Source: a virus
Taxonomy: Duplodnaviria > Heunggongvirae > Uroviricota > Caudoviricetes
Direction: 5' to 3' (one strand)
DNA length: 36,370 bases
Virus record (IMG/VR): IMGVR_UViG_2617270997_000026
Position 1 is the first letter of the stretch, and the number at the start of each line of letters is the position of its first letter. Under the pieces are notes generated by a model that was given only the letters and a program-made list of their open reading frames with translations, was not told the DNA's origin and ran no database searches. Shown one piece after another: positions 16,705 through 25,936 of this stretch. The translations under genes were made by a program, and so were the position numbers.

Positions 16705-17820
16705 TTACAGGCAGCGTGCGACAGCAGCCTCATAGCTGATGCCTTCTTTTTTGGACAGGGCCACTGCTTTCTGATGCAGGGCCAGACGCTCAGGATCGGC
16801 TTCCGCAAACTCTGCCACATCCACCTTCACCGTGTCGCCGACACGCTCTTTTGTGGCCTGTTCGGCGAAATTCATCACCGGCTCCCCGTCGGAGAGCAAT
16901 GAACGAAAGGCGGTGGCCAGCGGTGTGCGGCTTTCCCCCTCAGCAAACTCCACCGGCTTGTCGCCACCGGCGACGGCATCCAGCAGGGCAACCACCACGG
17001 AGGAGGCGCGGGGAGCCAGACGGCCCTCTGCGACCAGTTTTTCTGCAAAGGCCACATTGTCCTTATGCAGTTGCTCCTGTCTGACCTGTGCATCACGCGC
17101 ATCGCGATCAGCAGCCTGCTGCTTCAGGCGGCGGTTCTCCTCCTGAAGGGCTTCAATCTCTTCTTTTGTCATCGATGATTCCTCGTTACTTGCGGAAGAC
17201 GGCACCTGGCCTGTCTCACTGAATTGCGCACCTGCTGCATCCTGCGACGGTGTGTCGCGGTACGCCTCTTCGCGCAGATTGTTGAGCTGCCATTCCGGCA
17301 GGACTTTTTCTGCTTCGTCCAGACTGAAGCGGGCGATCAGAAAATCGCGCAGCTTTCCCCACAGGGAGGCATTCGTGATGGCCTGCCAGTCGGCGAACTC
17401 CACCACACCTTCTTCCTGCTCACTGAAGGACACCTGTTTCAGCCCCTTGACGGAAGGTGGCTGTGCCCCGAGAAAGCCCACATGGCGCAGGTAGAGCACG
17501 CCGGGCTTCGGATTGGACGGTGAATCCGGGAGGTAGAAAGAGGCGGACACTTTTTTGAATCGTCCGTCGGTGACCATCTCAGCAAACTGCGGGTCCAGCT
17601 GGGCAGGCTCTGCCATCAGATCGACGCCGCTGAGCGACAGGGCTTTCACCCAGCCCCACGCCGGGTCTTCCGTTCTGGGATGACCAATCACGAGTGGTGC
17701 TTCATGGACGGACGGGTCATAGGCTTTCACGCAGGCGGCAAGATCGTCTGGCGTGAACGGCAGTTTTTTGCCGTGCATATCGGTATGAGTACCGGCTTTA
17801 AAAATGTGAATGGCTGACAT
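16705..17820 (-). CDS. Head protease/scaffold protein (Mu gpI-like)
   Basis: 371 aa; ATG at 17820 verified; N-terminal domain plus charged coiled-coil middle (EEIEALQEENRRLKQQAADRDARD) typical of protease-scaffold fusions. Confidence 0.75.
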   Translation of the reverse strand: MSAIHIFKAGTHTDMHGKKLPFTPDDLAACVKAYDPSVHEAPLVIGHPRTEDPAWGWVKALSLSGVDLMAEPAQLDPQFAEMVTDGRFKKVSASFYLPDSPSNPKPGVLYLRHVGFLGAQPPSVKGLKQVSFSEQEEGVVEFADWQAITNASLWGKLRDFLIARFSLDEAEKVLPEWQLNNLREEAYRDTPSQDAAGAQFSETGQVPSSASNEESSMTKEEIEALQEENRRLKQQAADRDARDAQVRQEQLHKDNVAFAEKLVAEGRLAPRASSVVVALLDAVAGGDKPVEFAEGESRTPLATAFRSLLSDGEPVMNFAEQATKERVGDTVKVDVAEFAEADPERLALHQKAVALSKKEGISYEAAVARCL

Positions 17821-18034
17821 TTTGCTGTCCCGCGTTATGTTGTCGGAGACAGTTTGTGAGAAATGCAGGCCCGGTGATTTTAATCTGCTTTAGAAAACAT
17901 CAGGGGAGAAGGACAGGGAAAGCAATGCGGTGAACCGGAAGCGGTTATAAAACAGAGGCTGTAAAGCCTTTATAAAGGTAATACAGCCCCTCATTCGCTG
18001 GCAATGATAAATCACCCGCCTGAAGAGAGAAAAC
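17821..18034 (-). promoter_or_regulatory. 214-bp non-coding gap inside late arm; candidate internal late promoter (analogous to Mu P_I) with nested palindrome
   Basis: Only sizeable intergenic gap in the head block; contains GGCTGT-N20-ACAGCC inverted repeat enclosing perfect palindrome CCTTTATAAAGG (about 17957-17988). Confidence 0.3.
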
Positions 18035-18493
18035 TCAGCGACGGGCCGCTGATTCAAGATGGCGGACAATGGTATCAAGGATGGGGATTACCACTTCAGG
18101 CTGTAGTTCTCCATCCCCCGTCACCGGCAGGAACGGGCGGGCCGGAAGTTCAACAGACTCATTACGCCCCGTTTTACCCCCGAACTGGTGAATGGCACCG
18201 TAAACAACGTTGGTCCCCACAACAGCCTGCCGGTCGTCATGGTCGGTTGATACTGACCCCATCAGACGCCCGGTATCCTGCAGTGTCTGCCCGTCACGTT
18301 CTTCCGCTGCCAGCGAGGGCATCCACCCCGGACGCCCCTCATCAAGAAAGTTAAACTGTGTTTCCGCCAGCAGGGTTCCGGCGATTTTGCGCATCGCGGG
18401 CTCCAGGTCTGTGGCAGCAAGATCCAGCGCACGGAGGCTCCGGCGCAGGGATTTATCGTTAATGGTGATACTGACCAGGTTATCGGAAGCCAT
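18035..18493 (-). CDS. Virion morphogenesis protein (Mu G-like)
   Basis: 152 aa; ATG at 18493 with GAGAGGA RBS; position between F-like and I-like genes. Confidence 0.7.
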   Translation of the reverse strand: MASDNLVSITINDKSLRRSLRALDLAATDLEPAMRKIAGTLLAETQFNFLDEGRPGWMPSLAAEERDGQTLQDTGRLMGSVSTDHDDRQAVVGTNVVYGAIHQFGGKTGRNESVELPARPFLPVTGDGELQPEVVIPILDTIVRHLESAARR

Positions 18494-18495
18494 TG

Positions 18496-19317
18496 TTATC
18501 CTCTCAGTTCCTGTTGTGCCAGTGGCTGAAGCGTACCCTGATAGCGGGCCAGGTCGGGACGGTATGCTGCCCCCGGTGCATAAGACCAGCCGACGTCGGT
18601 GGTCACCTTCGTGGTGCCGGTATTAAAGGTGGCCACGTTCCGCATTTCGCCGGTTTTCTCTGAGACCAGTTTCAGTTCCTGGCCCATGGCAGAGCCGGAG
18701 CTGATAACCTTCAGGCCACGGGCACGGACATCCGCCGCACTCAGGGCAATCACACTACAGCGGCAGCGCCAGCCGTTCGGCGGGTAAAATGCCTGCCAGA
18801 ACGGGTCATCCCAGCGCAGCACCAGACCATGCAGCGCCAGATGGCTCCTGCGGGTATGGCTGTCGTTGATGCCGGTATACATCCAGTACGGCCTGTCGTC
18901 GACGTTTTCCATCTGCTCCGCCCAACGACCGGCGCTGTAGAGTACGGACATATTGGTGCGAAAGATGGTGTCGAGCCGCCACGGGCTGCCCTGCTGAATG
19001 GTGACCGGCTCACCCGTTACCGGGTCAGTCGTGTCACGTGGTCCCCACCATCCCTTACGCTTCAGCACCGGCTTCAGCTCCTGCCGGAACCAGCGATCGG
19101 TTTTTCCTTCATCGACAGCCTGCTGCAGTGCCCCGCGAATATCTTCCAGAATATCCAGGCGGGTCACTTTAGCGACGGTAAAGGCGCGGGCATGGGCTTC
19201 CTGCCACATTTCTTCCCAGTCCCAGGTAATCTGATACCCTTTGGACTTCAGGTAACTGACTGCCCGCTTCGGGGGAAGCGTCATGCAGTACGCCAGTTCA
19301 GCCGTTGTCACGCTCAT
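18496..19317 (-). CDS. Head morphogenesis protein (Mu F-like, gp30 position)
   Basis: Start set to ATG at 19317 (GGGGG upstream), overlapping portal stop; follows portal as in Mu. Confidence 0.7.
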   Translation of the reverse strand: MSVTTAELAYCMTLPPKRAVSYLKSKGYQITWDWEEMWQEAHARAFTVAKVTRLDILEDIRGALQQAVDEGKTDRWFRQELKPVLKRKGWWGPRDTTDPVTGEPVTIQQGSPWRLDTIFRTNMSVLYSAGRWAEQMENVDDRPYWMYTGINDSHTRRSHLALHGLVLRWDDPFWQAFYPPNGWRCRCSVIALSAADVRARGLKVISSGSAMGQELKLVSEKTGEMRNVATFNTGTTKVTTDVGWSYAPGAAYRPDLARYQGTLQPLAQQELRG

Positions 19318-20794
19318 GCAGACGCCCCCAGATATTTGCCACAAAGAGAATGCGGGCCAGCCGTTCCTGCAGATCGTCCGTGTTCATCTGAGGGTAGAGC
19401 TCCGCCAGTTCGCCCAGCAGCTCAGACGGGTTAACCCCGTTTTCGACCCGCTTAAACAGAGGTGCCAGGACGGGTTCCAGCGTGCCATTTAACACACCTC
19501 CGTTCATCAGAATGTCCAGCGCGTCGTCAAGCTGCTGCTGAGCCTGAATATCGGCATCAATCGCCTCGGCAAATGACAGCGGCAGCATGTTATTCTGGCG
19601 TTCCGACGGTGGTGTCTCGTCAATATCGCCGTCCTGCAGCTGGTACTCACGCTTAAAGTATTGCGGGGTCAGACGCAGACCCGCCCGGGTGAGTTTTTCG
19701 TCGCGGGTGGCGCGGGTGTCATCAATGGTCTCCTGTTCCCACATGGCCCAGACCGGACACGGCACATCGCCGAAGTTCAGGGTGACCACCGTTCTGATAA
19801 CCTGATTCACTGCTGCCTGAATGATGTCCGCATCCGCATCGCGGATATCAGCCGTTACCTCCAGCCCGGCCTGTGCAGAGGCCTTGTTACTGTTCGCTTC
19901 CGTGGTCTGATTCTGACCAAGTAATGCAATGGAGATCTCACTGCGTGACAGTGTGATCAGCTCGCGGAATACCTCGCTGCTGTCCGCCTTACCATCCGCG
20001 GCTTTGAGTTCGATGCTGCTGTCATCGGGGATGGCGGCCACCGCGTCCTCCACCATCTGCTCCATGGAGTCCAGCAGTTTTTCAATCTCTGCATCATTTG
20101 CACCCCTCGGGTGCTTACCGATCACCCACGGGGAGCCAAACTTTTCGGCAAAGCGGAGCCAGAATTTCATCCCGCCTTTCTTGAAGGCGACCGGCCAGAA
20201 GCACATGGACAGGTCCGGGAAACCGTAAGGATTGTCATACGAGGCATCCTGTGCCGGCACCACGAATTTTGACGGTGACAGCAGCTCACCCTCCACACCC
20301 GCATCACGCGCCCGGAAGCGCAGGCAGTTGTCCGTATCAAACTGAAACCACTCAGGCGGTTTGCCGACAATATCCGTCACTGCCCACGCCCTGACCGAAC
20401 GGCCCCACATGATTTCACAGGGCTGATACCCGTAGAGCACGGCATCACTCATCTCACCGATGATGCGGGACAGATCCAGATCGTCGAGCATGTCGCGGAT
20501 GAAACGGAAGACCCGGGCAGAAGCGTGACCGCGCTCCAGTCCACGCTCCAGTGATTTGAGCGCTGCTTTACGTCTGCGGATACAGCCCCCGACCAGCGGG
20601 TCGGTGCGCAGTTCGCGGTAGATACGGATATCCCGTCCCTGAGCCTTGAGAATGGGATCAGGATTGGGCAGATACATGCCCAGTCCGTAAAAGTCGATCG
20701 CGCGGCTGCGGGAGGCAATCTGCGCGGTCAGTGATTTCTGAGGCTCAGAAAAAGCAACAAATTCATCGGGTGAAACCCAGATACCCCTCGCCAT
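19298..20794 (-). CDS. Portal protein (Mu gp29-like)
   Basis: 498 aa; ATGA overlap with large terminase stop at 20794. Confidence 0.8.
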   Translation of the reverse strand: MARGIWVSPDEFVAFSEPQKSLTAQIASRSRAIDFYGLGMYLPNPDPILKAQGRDIRIYRELRTDPLVGGCIRRRKAALKSLERGLERGHASARVFRFIRDMLDDLDLSRIIGEMSDAVLYGYQPCEIMWGRSVRAWAVTDIVGKPPEWFQFDTDNCLRFRARDAGVEGELLSPSKFVVPAQDASYDNPYGFPDLSMCFWPVAFKKGGMKFWLRFAEKFGSPWVIGKHPRGANDAEIEKLLDSMEQMVEDAVAAIPDDSSIELKAADGKADSSEVFRELITLSRSEISIALLGQNQTTEANSNKASAQAGLEVTADIRDADADIIQAAVNQVIRTVVTLNFGDVPCPVWAMWEQETIDDTRATRDEKLTRAGLRLTPQYFKREYQLQDGDIDETPPSERQNNMLPLSFAEAIDADIQAQQQLDDALDILMNGGVLNGTLEPVLAPLFKRVENGVNPSELLGELAELYPQMNTDDLQERLARILFVANIWGRLHERDNG

Positions 20795-22389
20795 CAGAAT
20801 CCCTCCAGCATACGGGCCGCCTGACGACGACGGCGTGAGCTTGCCTTCACCGGCCCTTTGTTAATTTCACGGCTGGCGAAATACGCCAGCGCCAGTGCGA
20901 TGGCTGAATCCCCGTGGCGTTTACCACCGTCAGCCTTTGCTTTTGAGCGTTGCTCCGGTACGCGGGGGACACCGTTCACCACCTGAACGGCCCGCAGGTC
21001 ATCCAGTGTGTCTTCATCCTTTGGTAAGTCCACCAGGTTACCGTCTTCCAGTGCAGCTTTGACCGGAGGCATATGCTCCCGGTACCAGCCTTCGGTTGGC
21101 ATCACCTGCTGAACCCGGCTGGAGCCGTAGCGCTGCATGGCGTATTCAGCCAGATAGGCACCATTACCACGGGCATCAAACGCTGCACCCAGCAGACCGG
21201 GCAGGCCATCCATCAGATACCAGGTGATTTGTTCCTGCTGTCTGAACGGCACGTTACGCAGCTCCAGTACGAATGGCACGCGTCGTACCAGGTTCTTCTC
21301 CTGCAGCAGGGGATAGTCCACCGACAAATCACCGCTACGGCCAAAGTCGCGCCCCAGGAAAGAGCGGGCATCAGTGGGGAGTGCCTCCAGCAAGGGTTTC
21401 AGATACTCATCAAGCCAGTCCTGCGTCTCGCGGAAGCGAACCTCATCAGACAGCAGTTCATAACCTTCCTTGCAGGTCAGACGCAATACCGGCGTATCAG
21501 CGGACATGCGGGACTCTATCAGGGCACGGGACAGCCAGGCACCGCCACCGTTGGCCGGAATACAGTCAAGCTCTTCGGATGCGCCGGCACCGTAGAATTT
21601 GTACACCGATGCCATCCAGGCCTGCTCGGATGCCTCCGACCATTCCTTCCCGGTGCGCAGACAGACGCGCCGGAACAGCCCCTCAGATACGGCTTCCCGG
21701 AAAGTGATGCGATGTATGCTGCCTCCCTGACGTCCGGCACGGATATCCCCGATAAGGGTATTGAACGGATTGTCGTCACCGTTATGGGTGGAGATAACGC
21801 GTACCTTTCCCCCCCAGACAAGCATCGCCAGCGCCGCTTTCAGCAGTTCGTCCAGTTGCTCATGGAACGCCGCTTCGTCGATAACAATAATACCCTGACG
21901 GCCACGCAGGTTAGACGGGCGGCTGGAGAGCGCAACAATACGAAAGCCGGAGTCAGGAAATTTGATGGTGTAAGTCCTGATGTGTTTGTCGTCGTCGTCC
22001 TCTTCCCAGAATCCTTCTTCAATTTCACTGGCCGCATAGTTGAATGCCCGTGCCCACATCGCACACGCCTGAATGTATTCGACGGTCATGTCCTGGTTAT
22101 AAGCGATGTAATACACATTCATCCCGCCTGCTGGCGCAGAAGAGGCGGCGGTCAGTACGTTATCGGATGCCTCAGCCCATGTAATACCGGTACGACGGCT
22201 CTTTTCTATCACCTTAAGCGGAGAGGTGTCTGCCACCCAGCGCTGCTGGTAAGGCAACAGAACGGGAGGGGCATCCAGCGCCGAGGTATCAGGCAAAACG
22301 GGAGCAAGGTTATTCCTCCCGTCCATGGGACTCATCCCTTCGGGGCCGCCGCCAGCGGCGTTTAAAATCACTCCGGATGATTTTGTCAT
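20794..22389 (-). CDS. Terminase large subunit (Mu gp28-like)
   Basis: 531 aa; ATG at 22389 verified; hhhhDE-type motif IIVIDEAAFH; precedes portal. Confidence 0.8.
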   Translation of the reverse strand: MTKSSGVILNAAGGGPEGMSPMDGRNNLAPVLPDTSALDAPPVLLPYQQRWVADTSPLKVIEKSRRTGITWAEASDNVLTAASSAPAGGMNVYYIAYNQDMTVEYIQACAMWARAFNYAASEIEEGFWEEDDDDKHIRTYTIKFPDSGFRIVALSSRPSNLRGRQGIIVIDEAAFHEQLDELLKAALAMLVWGGKVRVISTHNGDDNPFNTLIGDIRAGRQGGSIHRITFREAVSEGLFRRVCLRTGKEWSEASEQAWMASVYKFYGAGASEELDCIPANGGGAWLSRALIESRMSADTPVLRLTCKEGYELLSDEVRFRETQDWLDEYLKPLLEALPTDARSFLGRDFGRSGDLSVDYPLLQEKNLVRRVPFVLELRNVPFRQQEQITWYLMDGLPGLLGAAFDARGNGAYLAEYAMQRYGSSRVQQVMPTEGWYREHMPPVKAALEDGNLVDLPKDEDTLDDLRAVQVVNGVPRVPEQRSKAKADGGKRHGDSAIALALAYFASREINKGPVKASSRRRRQAARMLEGF

Positions 22390-22931
22390 GTGGCAATCCC
22401 CAGAATCTCGCGACGAAGCGCCTGTACTGCGTCGCTTGACAGTCCCCCCTTACGGGCAATTTTCTCGGCGTTGCTGGCTGCCTGCTGCGCTCTGGCCCGT
22501 ACTTCAGACTGGAACTTTTTGAGGTTGACGGACGCGCGGGACAGCGTAGCCACATTCTTCGCCACCTTCGACAGCAGGGCCACGCGTTCTTTAGGATCGA
22601 CTTCGCCTTCTTCCGCCTCCTGCAACTGGACAATACTCTCGAACAGCTCGGTCTGAATAAGGGCTATCACAGCCTCCGAACGCGCATCCTGATCGTCTGC
22701 TGCGCCTTCGGTCAGCATGCGGGCCGCTTCTGTTGCCGCACGGATAGCACCATAGCGGCGCTCAATCTTCTGTCCATAGCGATGGATAGCGGATTTGCTG
22801 ATGACGTACCCCCGCTCACGCAGCAGGGACTCCAGCTCGTTATACCCGCTGAAGCCGGATTCAGTCAGCGCCCGTTCAAGCCAGCGGCGCACGTCTTCCG
22901 GCAGCTTTTCTATTGTGCTGCGTCTGGCCAT
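22386..22931 (-). CDS. Putative terminase small subunit / DNA-binding packaging protein (Mu gp27 position)
   Basis: 181 aa immediately upstream of and overlapping large terminase; charged helical. Confidence 0.55.
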   Translation of the reverse strand: MARRSTIEKLPEDVRRWLERALTESGFSGYNELESLLRERGYVISKSAIHRYGQKIERRYGAIRAATEAARMLTEGAADDQDARSEAVIALIQTELFESIVQLQEAEEGEVDPKERVALLSKVAKNVATLSRASVNLKKFQSEVRARAQQAASNAEKIARKGGLSSDAVQALRREILGIAT

Positions 22932-23242
22932 TATTCACTCCAGTACTTTTCCGGGCGGGCAATACCCGGACCACATTCCACGGTGTATTCCACCAGGTCT
23001 ACGCCGAGGCGGGTCAGGTCAGCAAACCAGTCGCCAGAAGGTTTTTTCTCCAGATCAACCATTTTACGGTCAGCCAGATAATCCAGTTCGCGGCGCAGTT
23101 CCAGCGGTGTGGTGTCCGGGTAGATGGCACGGGACACATCCAGCAGCAGCGTCTCGCTGGCGGTGTAAGGGCGGGTCTTGTTCAGGGCAACCAGCAGACT
23201 CCAGCGCAGGGATTCGCGGCGTACCCGGGTAATATCGACCAT
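22931..23242 (-). CDS. Hypothetical protein (Mu gp26 position)
   Basis: 103 aa; ATG at 23242 verified; coupled to neighbours. Confidence 0.5.
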   Translation of the reverse strand: MVDITRVRRESLRWSLLVALNKTRPYTASETLLLDVSRAIYPDTTPLELRRELDYLADRKMVDLEKKPSGDWFADLTRLGVDLVEYTVECGPGIARPEKYWSE

Positions 23243-23568
23243 TATTGACCTCCGGTATTGCGGTACTGCTGTACCACTTCCAGTTTGTTGTAGAGCGCGT
23301 CCAGTTTGGCCTCGATGACTGTCTGGCCACGGATATAATCCTCGCGACGGACATAATTCAGCGGTAAATCCGCTTTAAATCGCATAAATTCTTTTTCCAG
23401 TTCGCCCCAGTTGGAGGCGGACTGTTGCAGGGCCTGCTCAAGGGAGGCGAATCGTGCCGCCTGGCGTTCTTCTGTTTTACTGAACAACCATTTGGCGAGC
23501 CCTCCCACAAACCCCATGAAGGTGAGCAGAAAACTCACCACCGTCCAGAATTCAACCTGCAGTGTCAT
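23242..23568 (-). CDS. Hypothetical membrane-anchored protein (Mu gp25 position)
   Basis: 108 aa; N-terminal hydrophobic helix FWTVVSFLLTFMGFVGGLAKWLF followed by coiled-coil. Confidence 0.5.
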   Translation of the reverse strand: MTLQVEFWTVVSFLLTFMGFVGGLAKWLFSKTEERQAARFASLEQALQQSASNWGELEKEFMRFKADLPLNYVRREDYIRGQTVIEAKLDALYNKLEVVQQYRNTGGQ

Positions 23569-24215
23569 TTCTGTAATCCTTCCCGTTCATCCAGTAACGC
23601 GTTTATCTGGTTCCGCCAGCGACGACATTGTCCTGCGTTGTCGATGATGTTGGCGAGAACGTCACGCTGGGAGACACCCGAATCGCGTAACCGGGTGTCA
23701 GTGGTTTCAGGTTGCCCGGTCGCTGTGCCAGAGCGGGTGCCAGCGGCGGCAACTGAGTCTGAATGACCGGTGTCGACGGATGCGTTGTCATATCCGAGTG
23801 CGGCGTTGTACTGGCGCACGAAACCGCGAGTAAACACGCACTCAATGGGATGGCTCTTACCTTTTTCATCAATCCAGCGCTGTGTGACATCGTTAATTTG
23901 CCCCTGTAGTTGTTTATTCCGGCTCTCCAGTTGAGCAATCTGCTCAAGATAACCGGCTTCAGCCCGCTGCCCGGCGGCCACCTGCTCCTGATACCGTCTG
24001 GCCCAGGCCCGCAGCGCAGCATTCTCAAGCGTTGCCTGCTCCGTTTTGTACGCGTCAAATGCTGACTGCAACTGACTGAGCGCGGTATCACCGTCACGCT
24101 TTGCAGAGTCATGACCACTTCTGTATCCCATGGCATACAGGCCGACCAGAAAGGCATTGATAAGAATGGCCAGCAGAATGCCGCGCCACGGCAGCTTTTT
24201 AATCAGATGCCACAC
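23565..24215 (-). CDS. Rz-like i-spanin
   Basis: Start assigned to GTG at 24215 with GGGGAGG RBS 10 nt upstream; N-terminal TM WRGILLAILINAFLVGLYAMGY then long coiled-coil; directly after endolysin. Confidence 0.55.
   Translation of the reverse strand: MWHLIKKLPWRGILLAILINAFLVGLYAMGYRSGHDSAKRDGDTALSQLQSAFDAYKTEQATLENAALRAWARRYQEQVAAGQRAEAGYLEQIAQLESRNKQLQGQINDVTQRWIDEKGKSHPIECVFTRGFVRQYNAALGYDNASVDTGHSDSVAAAGTRSGTATGQPETTDTRLRDSGVSQRDVLANIIDNAGQCRRWRNQINALLDEREGLQK
23603..23869 (-). CDS. Rz1-like o-spanin lipoprotein, embedded out of frame in Rz-like gene
   Basis: MKKVRAIPLSACLLAVSC signal peptide with lipobox-like AVSC, then proline-rich mature part; alternative start at 23890. Confidence 0.5.
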   Translation of the reverse strand: MKKVRAIPLSACLLAVSCASTTPHSDMTTHPSTPVIQTQLPPLAPALAQRPGNLKPLTPGYAIRVSPSVTFSPTSSTTQDNVVAGGTR

Positions 24216-24939
24216 AACTGCTGCCTCCCCATGTGAGATATCGCGGTGCCAGTTCGCGCAGGATGCGCTGCGGATAATGGCGGTTCTCCCGCCAGCTGGC
24301 CGCATTGCGTCCGGCATTCACCGTCGCGACATGTCCGAACCAGCGGGTGCTGTCCAGACCTTTCTGTGATGCAAGCCGCCTGTCCCGTTGTACCCAGCCC
24401 AGACCACCGTTATAGCCCGACAGTGTCATGGCCATACGCTCGCAGTCACTGGCGGCGCTGACACGCTGCCACAGCCAGCGGTCATAGCTGACCAGCGCCC
24501 GGATAGCCCATGCCGGATTAAACGGCTCACGACTGCTCAGCATCGGTATCAACTGGCTTATCCAGTCGGCAGTGGCAGGCATGAACTGCGCCAGTCCCTG
24601 AGCGCCAGCCGGCGAGATCGCATCAGGTCGCCAGCCGCTTTCCTGATGCAGTTGCGCGGCGAAATCGGCCACCGGCGCAGACAGTCCCCATTCAAGCCGG
24701 GCATTACGGATCACATCATCGCGATACTGCAGCGCAGCCTGCGGAGGTTGTGCTGCGCATGCCTGGCTGAAAAAGCCGCCACACCAGAGCAACATTGCGA
24801 CAAAGAATACCCATGCCATATGAACCAGAAAGGTCCCGGCGCGGACTGACAGGCGTTCGGTTCTGATGAAGACCCGAAAGGCTTCGAAAGCCAGTTTCAG
24901 GGACATGCATACAATCCAGGTGATCTGCGGCCAGTTCAT
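24199..24939 (-). CDS. Endolysin, lytic transglycosylase (SLT domain) with N-terminal hydrophobic segment
   Basis: SLT signature AQLHQESGWRPDAISPAGAQGLAQFMP; N-terminal hydrophobic stretch MAWVFFVAMLLWCGGFF; ATGA-type coupling to upstream holin-like gene. Confidence 0.8.
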   Translation of the reverse strand: MNWPQITWIVCMSLKLAFEAFRVFIRTERLSVRAGTFLVHMAWVFFVAMLLWCGGFFSQACAAQPPQAALQYRDDVIRNARLEWGLSAPVADFAAQLHQESGWRPDAISPAGAQGLAQFMPATADWISQLIPMLSSREPFNPAWAIRALVSYDRWLWQRVSAASDCERMAMTLSGYNGGLGWVQRDRRLASQKGLDSTRWFGHVATVNAGRNAASWRENRHYPQRILRELAPRYLTWGGSSCVASD

Positions 24940-24941
24940 GA

Positions 24942-25292
24942 TTAAAGCCCCATCGCAACAGCCAGGCAGACCGCTGCAACAATCAGTGCACGGCGGATTA
25001 ACGCAGCAGAAAACACCAGGTGAAGGCCGGTCTGTACCGGGAAACGCCCTTCAGCCATCAGCCTGTCGTCATGTTTCAGGTACTGACCGGGACGGGCTTT
25101 GGGGAAGAGCGAACGGTCAAGCCAGTAACCCAGCACTGCTGCCAGCGTGATGAGTGCCAGCTTGTAGATCACAACAGGCAGCTGCTGTGGTGAGACCAGA
25201 GCGATGGTGCCCAGCAACAGCACTGAGGTCAGCAGCCAGCCGCTGAGGCGAGGTTTTTTAACAGGGGGAATGAATTTTTTCAGGTTTTTCAT
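24942..25292 (-). CDS. Holin-like membrane protein, first gene of late arm
   Basis: 116 aa from ATG at 25292 with GAGGA RBS (track start 25340 is TTG); three predicted TM helices; immediately upstream of endolysin. Confidence 0.55.
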   Translation of the reverse strand: MKNLKKFIPPVKKPRLSGWLLTSVLLLGTIALVSPQQLPVVIYKLALITLAAVLGYWLDRSLFPKARPGQYLKHDDRLMAEGRFPVQTGLHLVFSAALIRRALIVAAVCLAVAMGL

Positions 25293-25422
25293 GTGTGTAT
25301 CCTCGTTTGGTGGAGACAGCATCACAAATACAGGGCGCAAAGGATTTTAAAGCGCGTTAAGAGAGCCGGGGATACGGGATGTGCAGGATAAACGATGAAT
25401 TATTCACAGAGGAGAATACGAT
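25293..25422. promoter_or_regulatory. Divergent promoter region between late arm and P-loop gene
   Basis: 130-bp non-coding spacer between two divergently oriented starts, each with a strong RBS. Confidence 0.35.
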
Positions 25423-25899
25423 ATGACGCACACACTGAATCCGGTCATCACTGTCACTGTGTCCGGTCCTGTGGGCAGCGGTAAAAGTTACGTACTGGCG
25501 CGGATAGAAGAGATGGTGAAACAGGAACTCGGAAACAGCGTCATTGTCGATGCTGCTGACGTGGAGAATGAGCGCCGTATGAATGGCGAAGATCTGACGA
25601 CCTGGCAGAAGCCACGGGGTGGCACAGTGATCAGGCTAGAGGAATACACGGGACAGGGCCTGTTGTCATACGGCGAGGAGCGTATCTGTCGGACGAATGA
25701 GCTGCTGGATGTTATATGCCCCACGGGCCGGCAACCCTGGATACTGCCCGATGCACTGCATGCCACCATTGCGGCACTGATGACAGTTTACGATCAGGAG
25801 CTGCTCATGAAGGAGTTACGTAAACTCACCGGTCAGCCAACAGAATGTTGTTCGTCTCCGAAGTACGGCAAACAGGAAAACGCCCCGGATAATCCTTAA
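25423..25899 (+). CDS. Small P-loop NTPase-fold protein, function unknown (accessory gene)
   Basis: 158 aa; ATG at 25423 after GAGGAGAA RBS; Walker A GPVGSGKS at residues 15-22, Walker B-like VIVD about 20 residues later; transcribed opposite to late arm. Confidence 0.7.
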   Translation: MTHTLNPVITVTVSGPVGSGKSYVLARIEEMVKQELGNSVIVDAADVENERRMNGEDLTTWQKPRGGTVIRLEEYTGQGLLSYGEERICRTNELLDVICPTGRQPWILPDALHATIAALMTVYDQELLMKELRKLTGQPTECCSSPKYGKQENAPDNP

Positions 25900-25918
25900 G
25901 ATACCTCCTGAACAGAAA

Positions 25919-25934
25919 CAGCCCTGAAGGGCTG
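25919..25934 (-). terminator. Intrinsic terminator closing the repressor operon
   Basis: Plus-strand cagccc-tgaa-gggctg hairpin; on minus strand followed by UUUCUGUUCAGG; lies just downstream of stop of 25937..26518 gene. Confidence 0.5.
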
Positions 25935-25936
25935 CA

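Noticed and set aside
17890-18078. 62-aa minus-strand ORF in the G/I intergenic region
   Set aside because: Overlaps the 3' end of the G-like gene, has no convincing RBS and an unlikely composition; the region is treated as regulatory instead.
21073-22365. 430-aa plus-strand ORF
   Set aside because: Antisense to the large terminase gene, which has a verified ATG start and synteny; Gly/Arg/Pro-rich translation.
24942-25340. Longer 132-aa version of the holin-like protein from track start 25340
   Set aside because: Position 25340 is a TTG with no RBS; an ATG at 25292 with GAGGA 9 nt upstream gives a typical 116-aa three-TM protein.
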